Under the pieces are notes generated by a model. That model did not search any database. It saw only the letters and a program-made list of their open reading frames with translations, and was not told where the DNA came from. The position numbers and the translations under genes are program-made. A stretch of 34,514 nucleotides of DNA, taken from assembly GCA_002753335.1 (NCBI GenBank), contig PEAD01000030.1, positions 1-34,514 on the forward strand, in the 5' to 3' direction. The DNA is from Nitrospirae bacterium MYbin3. Lineage in GTDB: Bacteria; Nitrospirota; Thermodesulfovibrionia; Thermodesulfovibrionales; Dissulfurispiraceae. Below are positions 29,287-34,514 of the stretch, one piece after another (positions within the stretch are counted from its first letter, which is position 1; every line of letters starts with the position of its first letter).

Positions 29287-29970
29287 TTAAAGAGGTCTCT
29301 TTTTAAGTACTCTGGATTTTTTGCCGTTTCTGAGCAGGTCGATAATGCTGGACATTGACTCATGATGAAGTTTTTTCATAAGGTCTTTATCAATAGTCCT
29401 CTTTCTCTTTTTGTTAAGGAAGGACAAAAACACAATGCCTTTAAATATCCTTTTGTTTGTCTTGAACGAAAACATATACCTGTCCAGAGAGTCTTCCATA
29501 AACAGATCGTTCCTTCTCTGAACAGCCCTGCTTATGGTAACGGACTGAAACCAGTAGGACTTGTTTATTATGCTGTCGGCCTTCATTTCGAGCCAGGCGT
29601 GTTCAATATTCAACGCTTCTTCTGTCAAACTATTGTGTGCTACGGTATCAGCAGCAAGGTGGCATAGGAAGCCATACACAAATGCCTGCTCCGAACCATT
29701 TTCTGCCTGTTCCATAAGACGGAATCCAACATCCCAGCTATGACTGCTTTTCGCATCAGGCAAGTATTTCTTCCCTATTATCATATCGGCCATAAGATTG
29801 CCATAAAGAAAATCCTGGCGGTATTTTCTTATCAATGCCAGTATTCCGGCAGGTATCAGAGGCGCGAACGTAAAGACTTCGCTGGCAAAATATGCGTGGG
29901 TCATTGGCCCCCAGGCAAAAGAAACAGCGGGCATCAAAACAATTCCGGCCAAAAGGAGTGTCAAAAACAT
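29287..29970 (-). CDS. Secreted zinc-dependent phospholipase C / P1-nuclease-fold protein
   Basis: Signal peptide ending SFA, mature N-terminus WGPMTH, then AD, HSW, HLAADTVAHN, HAWLE putative Zn ligands. Confidence 0.75.
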   Translation of the reverse strand: MFLTLLLAGIVLMPAVSFAWGPMTHAYFASEVFTFAPLIPAGILALIRKYRQDFLYGNLMADMIIGKKYLPDAKSSHSWDVGFRLMEQAENGSEQAFVYGFLCHLAADTVAHNSLTEEALNIEHAWLEMKADSIINKSYWFQSVTISRAVQRRNDLFMEDSLDRYMFSFKTNKRIFKGIVFLSFLNKKRKRTIDKDLMKKLHHESMSSIIDLLRNGKKSRVLKKRPL

Positions 29971-31457
29971 CAGTAAAGACCTTTTAGAAAGTGTATCAAA
30001 AGGCGAACACCTATACCGGTAGCGCCCTTCGAAGTGTAAGCCCTGTCTTTCTCGCTAAATGCAGTTCCGGCTATATCGAGATGCACCCACGGTGTGTCTC
30101 CAACAAATTCTTTGATGAAATAAGCTGCCGTAACAAGCGAACCGTTGCGTCCTCCGATGTTCTTAATATCAGCGGTGTCGCTTTTAAGGTAATCCTTATA
30201 CTCCTCGTAAAGAGGCATTTGCCAGACCCGCTCGTAAGTTTCTGCGGCAGATTTTTTAAGCCTTTCCATAAGTTCATCATCATTGCCCATCATAGCCATC
30301 GCTTCATTTCCAAGAGCAACAGAACATGCCCCTGTAAGTGTTGCGATGTCAATTATCGCCCTGGGTTTAAAATATTTTTTTGCGTATCCGATGGCATCGA
30401 TCAACACAAGCCTGCCTTCGGCATCTGTGTTCGCAATCTCGACCGTTTTTCCCGAAACTGTCGAGACTATATCCCCCGGCCTTGTTGCAGAGCCTCCCGG
30501 AAGATTCTCGGTTGCAGGCAAAATAGCGATTAAGTTAAGTTTAAGTCCTAATTCGACAACCGCTTTCATAACACCAAGCACCGCAGCGCCTCCAGCCATA
30601 TCGTACTTCATCTTTTCCATGCCGTCGGCCGGCTTTAAAGACAACCCTCCGCTGTCAAAGGTTATTGACTTGCCTACAAGCACTACCGGAGCGCCCTTGC
30701 CTTCTTGATATTCGAGGACAATAAACTTTGGAGGCTCATCAGAGCCTTTGGCAACAGCAAGATACGCGCCCATGCCTTCCCTGTCTGCATCTTTGCGCTC
30801 AAGAATTTTTGCCCTGATTTTCTTGCTGGCAAGGGACCTTGCGGTTTGTGCGAGAATCGTAGGCGTCATATCATTGGATGGCGTGTTTACGAGGTCTTTT
30901 GCGAACGCTACTGCCCAAGATGTTGATTTTAGGTAATCTACAGGTATATCAGCCTTGGAATTAAGTATTGTCAGTCCTTTTAGAAAATTATTCTTGGCTG
31001 AACTAGCATCGCTATTTTTGCGATACCTATCAAAACGATATGATGCTAGCATCACGCCCTCGATAAAATAAAAAGCAGCTGACTGTTCCACATTCAGATG
31101 CCGATTAAGAGCATTAAAAGACGAGGTTGATAAAGCAGAATCTTTTGCGCCTATACCTTTTAAAATACAAGCCGCTTTTCCGCCGCACTGTCTGATTTTT
31201 TCGGCCGTAAGATCTTCTTTCTTACCTAAGCCCAGCAATAAAATTCTGCTGGCCTTAATCCCGTTAATATGGAGAATAGTTGCCTGGTTGTGCTTACCGA
31301 TGAACTCTCCAGAATCAAACGCCGTCTTGATATAATTGCCGATAAGACTGTCCAGTCTTCGGCAGGTGCCGGAATAATCACCTTCGAACAAAGGTATTAT
31401 CAAGGCATCCGTCTTTACGATTTCTTCAGAAAGATTTTTTAGCGCGATTTTTATCAT
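29970..31457 (-). CDS. pepA: Leucyl aminopeptidase (M17)
   Basis: VGKSITFDSGGLSLK, MKYDMAG, NTDAEGRL, ATLTGA, HLDIAG. Confidence 0.95.
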   Translation of the reverse strand: MIKIALKNLSEEIVKTDALIIPLFEGDYSGTCRRLDSLIGNYIKTAFDSGEFIGKHNQATILHINGIKASRILLLGLGKKEDLTAEKIRQCGGKAACILKGIGAKDSALSTSSFNALNRHLNVEQSAAFYFIEGVMLASYRFDRYRKNSDASSAKNNFLKGLTILNSKADIPVDYLKSTSWAVAFAKDLVNTPSNDMTPTILAQTARSLASKKIRAKILERKDADREGMGAYLAVAKGSDEPPKFIVLEYQEGKGAPVVLVGKSITFDSGGLSLKPADGMEKMKYDMAGGAAVLGVMKAVVELGLKLNLIAILPATENLPGGSATRPGDIVSTVSGKTVEIANTDAEGRLVLIDAIGYAKKYFKPRAIIDIATLTGACSVALGNEAMAMMGNDDELMERLKKSAAETYERVWQMPLYEEYKDYLKSDTADIKNIGGRNGSLVTAAYFIKEFVGDTPWVHLDIAGTAFSEKDRAYTSKGATGIGVRLLIHFLKGLY

Positions 31458-32035
31458 ATTTGGGCTGCGGGCGGCCGGGGCGTTCTGTTGAATTTGTTCA
31501 TAGCCTTTTCAGGACCGCTTGATATTATCATCTTAACCGCATCAGATGCTTTTATTATAGCATCTTTGACCAGCTCTTTTTCATCCGGTCTGAACCCCGA
31601 AAGCACATAATTTTCTACCGGCACAATCGCATCCCTGCCAATTCCAATCTTCACCCTGATAAAATCCATTGACCCAAGTTCTATTATCGCCGATTCAATA
31701 CCGCGATGGCCGCCAGAGGAGCCTGTCTTGCGAATCTTTACAACACCTGTGTTCAGGTCAAGGTCATCATGGACTACGATAATATTTTCGATAGCAACAT
31801 TGAGTTTTTTTATTGCTCGCGATATCGCAAAACCGCTTCTGTTCATATAAGTAAGGGGTTTTAGAAGTGCCACATGGGCATCATCTAAAACCCCTTTGCC
31901 GATAATATAAGAATCTTTTTCGGACATCTGGATACTGCCCTGTTCAGACAGGGCATCTATAACCATAAATCCTATGTTATGTCTATGCTTTGAGTATTTC
32001 TGCCCCGGATTTCCGAGGCCAACAACAAGCCACAT
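31454..32035 (-). CDS. pth: Peptidyl-tRNA hydrolase
   Basis: VGLGNPG..Y..HRHNIGF, KPLTYMNRSG, HDDLD, GGHRG. Confidence 0.96.
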   Translation of the reverse strand: MWLVVGLGNPGQKYSKHRHNIGFMVIDALSEQGSIQMSEKDSYIIGKGVLDDAHVALLKPLTYMNRSGFAISRAIKKLNVAIENIIVVHDDLDLNTGVVKIRKTGSSGGHRGIESAIIELGSMDFIRVKIGIGRDAIVPVENYVLSGFRPDEKELVKDAIIKASDAVKMIISSGPEKAMNKFNRTPRPPAAQI

Positions 32036-32065
32036 CAGCTCTTAATTAAAAGACAAGAAGCTTTG

Positions 32066-32713
32066 TTACTTGCCCTCTTCCTCTGTCTTTTTACCCTTCT
32101 TCACAACTTCTGGCTCAGCAGCTTCTGCGACTCCTTCAGCAGGAGCAGCCACAACCTCTTCTTTAAGCGCTATTACAGTAGCGAGCATTTCATCTGAATC
32201 GGTAAGTATTCTTATGCCTTCATCCAATTTCAAGTCGCTCACATGCACCGACTTTCCTATTGTAAGACTTGAAACATCGATCTTGATATGCCCCGGGATT
32301 TTGTCAGGAAGACATTCAATTTCTATCTCCCTCAGACCGTGCTGAATAATACCTTTATCCCTCTTAACGCCTATAGCCTCTCCGGTTATAACGACATGCA
32401 CCATAACCTTAATCTTCTCGGTGGCCAATATCTCCTGAAAATCAACATGCAGAAGATTGCCTTCTACCGGGTCAACCTGATAGTCCTTTACTACCGCCAT
32501 TTTAGTATCATCTGATGATTTAAGGTTTACAATGACCTGTTCGCCTGCTGTTCTGCTAATGAAACGTGCAAGCTCTTTTGCTCCCAACTGTATCGGGGTT
32601 GATCCTCCGCCCCTGTAAACTACCGCCGGTATTATGCTTTCTCTTCTAAGTGACCTTGCTCCACCCTTGCCTTTTCTTTCTCTTTTCTCTACGCTGAGAG
32701 TAACCCTTTCCAT
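32066..32713 (-). CDS. rplY: 50S ribosomal protein bL25 / Ctc
   Basis: GKGGARSLRR...IPAVVY, LLHVDF, C-terminal Ctc domain and acidic tail; lies between prs and pth. Confidence 0.95.
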   Translation of the reverse strand: MERVTLSVEKRERKGKGGARSLRRESIIPAVVYRGGGSTPIQLGAKELARFISRTAGEQVIVNLKSSDDTKMAVVKDYQVDPVEGNLLHVDFQEILATEKIKVMVHVVITGEAIGVKRDKGIIQHGLREIEIECLPDKIPGHIKIDVSSLTIGKSVHVSDLKLDEGIRILTDSDEMLATVIALKEEVVAAPAEGVAEAAEPEVVKKGKKTEEEGK

Positions 32714-32743
32714 AAATCCTCCTCGTGAAATTACGCTTAATTG

Positions 32744-33685
32744 TTATTCGAACAATGAGCTTATAGTTGATTCCTCATGAATACGTTTAATCGCCTCAGA
32801 AAGCAGAGAAGCGACGCTAAGCACCTTAAGCTTGCCGCAAATTGAACATTTGTCGTCAAGCGGAATCGTATCTGTTGTTATAACCTCTTCCAATACCGAA
32901 TCATTTATTCTTTCTATTGCAGGTCCGGAAAGTACGGCATGTGAGCATGCAGCATACACCCTCTTTGCCCCATTGTCTTTCAAGGCCTGTGCAGCTTGGG
33001 TAATCGTGCCTGCAGTATCGATCATATCGTCAAGAAGAATAACATCCTTACCCTCAACATTGCCGATAACATGCATCACCTTTGATACGTTGGCAACCTC
33101 CCTTCGCTTATCAACAATCGCGAGTGAAGCATCAAGCCTCTTAGCGAATGCACGTGCTCTTTCCACTCCTCCCGCATCAGGCGAAACAATCACAAGATCA
33201 TCAAAACTGCCCTTTTTTATATAGTCAAGAAGCACCGGAGCTGCATAAAGATGATCGACAGGGATATTAAAAAAACCCTGTATCTGGGCCGCATGTAGGT
33301 CAATAGTCAACACCCGGTTAGTGCCTGCTGCGGTAAGCAGGTCAGCAACAAGTTTGGATGAAATCGGCACCCTTGGCTGAACCTTTCTGTCCTGTCTTGC
33401 ATAACCATAATAGGGAATCACAGCGGTAATTCTGCGGGCAGACGCCCTCTTTAAAGCATCAATGATAAGCAGAAGCTCCATTATATTTTTATTAACAGGA
33501 TTGCATGTGGACTGTATTACAAAGACATCCGCTCCTCTGACATTTTCGTTTATCTGCACCATTATCTCGCCGTCGCTGAATGTGGTTACAGCGGTATCTG
33601 CCAAGGCAAACCCCATATGCTCGCTAACCTTTTCGGCAAGACTTCTATGCGCATTCCCTGTCAGAACCTTAATCGCGTCGTGCAT
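32744..33685 (-). CDS. prs: Ribose-phosphate pyrophosphokinase
   Basis: [46 protein letters not shown]. Confidence 0.98.
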   Translation of the reverse strand: MHDAIKVLTGNAHRSLAEKVSEHMGFALADTAVTTFSDGEIMVQINENVRGADVFVIQSTCNPVNKNIMELLLIIDALKRASARRITAVIPYYGYARQDRKVQPRVPISSKLVADLLTAAGTNRVLTIDLHAAQIQGFFNIPVDHLYAAPVLLDYIKKGSFDDLVIVSPDAGGVERARAFAKRLDASLAIVDKRREVANVSKVMHVIGNVEGKDVILLDDMIDTAGTITQAAQALKDNGAKRVYAACSHAVLSGPAIERINDSVLEEVITTDTIPLDDKCSICGKLKVLSVASLLSEAIKRIHEESTISSLFE

Positions 33686-33715
33686 TGTGCCTCCTTAAAA
33701 ATGTCCCTGTTTAAA

Positions 33716-33790
33716 TGGCTGGGGCGCCAGGATTCGAACCTGGGGATGGCAGATCCAAAATCTGCTGACTTTCCACTTGTCGACGCCCCA
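33716..33790 (-). tRNA. tRNA-Gln (anticodon UUG), CCA encoded
   Basis: Minus strand reads TGGGGCG-TC-GAC-AAGTGGAAA-GTC-A-GCAGA-TTTTGGA-TCTGC-CATCC-CCAGG-TTCGAAT-CCTGG-CGCCCCA-G-CCA. U1-A72 pair; ispE-tRNAGln-prs synteny. Confidence 0.97.
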
Positions 33791-33792
33791 AT

Positions 33793-34514
33793 TTAGCAGA
33801 GCGTTGCTATAACCCTGTGCCAATACCCATCAAAACAACCGGATGCTTTTTCGGCTGCTTCGCTGCTTTCGAAAACACCGAAAATCGAAGATCCGCTTCC
33901 GCTCATAAGAGCTGCAACAGCTCCGGTATTCAGCAATTTCTTCTTCAACTCGCATATCACAGGATATTCATTAAAAACAACATCCTCAAAATCATTGTGC
34001 AGAATTTCTGAAAGAGCATGAGCTGTTCCGCCAACAAGTAAATCAAAAATCAACTTGATATTATTAACTTTAATTGTAGTATTTGTCAATTTTGAAGCTT
34101 CCAAAGCTTTATATGCCCAAGCGGTCTGCACAGATACATCAGGCTTCAACAAAAGCAGGCTGTACTGTGATTTTATTTTTAAAGGGGTCAGAACATCGCC
34201 TTTGCCTTCGACCAATGCCATAGGGCCGTCAAAGAAAAAGGGCACATCAGAGCCTAGGCCTCCTCCGATATCTTTTAGCTCATTCTTGTCTAAATTTAGC
34301 CCCCAAAAACTATTCAACCCCCAAAGAGCTGCTGCTGCATCGCTGCTCCCCCCGCCCAACCCAGCTCCTGAAGGTATTCCCTTGGCAAGGGTTATATGGA
34401 CTCCTTTTTGTATGTCTGCATGCTTTTTTAAAGAATTTGCCGCCTTAAAAACAAGGTTTTCATCAATAGGCAGGTTAATATCAGAAACAAGCTCTATGTC
34501 ATCAGCCTGCTTGA
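33793..34514 (-). CDS. ispE: 4-diphosphocytidyl-2-C-methyl-D-erythritol kinase; 5' truncated by window
   Basis: Frame is open to the window end (...NLVFKAA...KGIPSGAGLGGGSSDAA), GSDVPFF, NDFE, MSGSGS. Confidence 0.95.
   Translation of the reverse strand, partial: KQADDIELVSDINLPIDENLVFKAANSLKKHADIQKGVHITLAKGIPSGAGLGGGSSDAAAALWGLNSFWGLNLDKNELKDIGGGLGSDVPFFFDGPMALVEGKGDVLTPLKIKSQYSLLLLKPDVSVQTAWAYKALEASKLTNTTIKVNNIKLIFDLLVGGTAHALSEILHNDFEDVVFNEYPVICELKKKLLNTGAVAALMSGSGSSIFGVFESSEAAEKASGCFDGYWHRVIATLC

Noticed and set aside
33686..33792. tRNA-Gln as an integration site
   Set aside because: No duplicated tRNA 3' end and no integrase; ispE-tRNA-prs synteny is intact.

Overview
A 34.5 kb window of core bacterial chromosome from a diderm, probably anaerobic organism. 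Gene content and synteny suggest a Nitrospirota/Thermodesulfovibrionia- or Desulfobacterota-like lineage (inference only). It has about 30 mostly housekeeping CDSs: tamB-Omp85-surA-like; argA, 2-oxoacid oxidoreductase beta/gamma; mtaB-miaB; a sigma54 regulator and glnD; fhs, tauE, gcvH-lpdA-eno-divIC-GH57-tRNA nucleotidyltransferase; a membrane polyferredoxin; rny-ymdB-osmC; hypD; and ispE-tRNA-Gln-prs-rplY-pth-pepA-PLC-moeA. It also holds a 6S RNA and a tRNA-Gln. I saw no mobile element, prophage, CRISPR array or defence system. The interesting signal is non-coding. (1) A ~200-nt nested multi-stem RNA structure lies between 6S RNA and rny and may be an undescribed RNase Y leader or ncRNA. (2) A CRP/FNR-type palindrome sits at the class II -41.5 position ahead of a C-rich hairpin with an anti-SD-like loop. 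(3) A 28-bp dif-like XerCD site lies at 6038-6065 in an AT-rich zone, so this is probably the replication terminus. (4) Extended -10 boxes recur 5-8 nt before SD-less start codons, suggesting leaderless mRNAs. All RNA structures were paired by eye and need computational confirmation.
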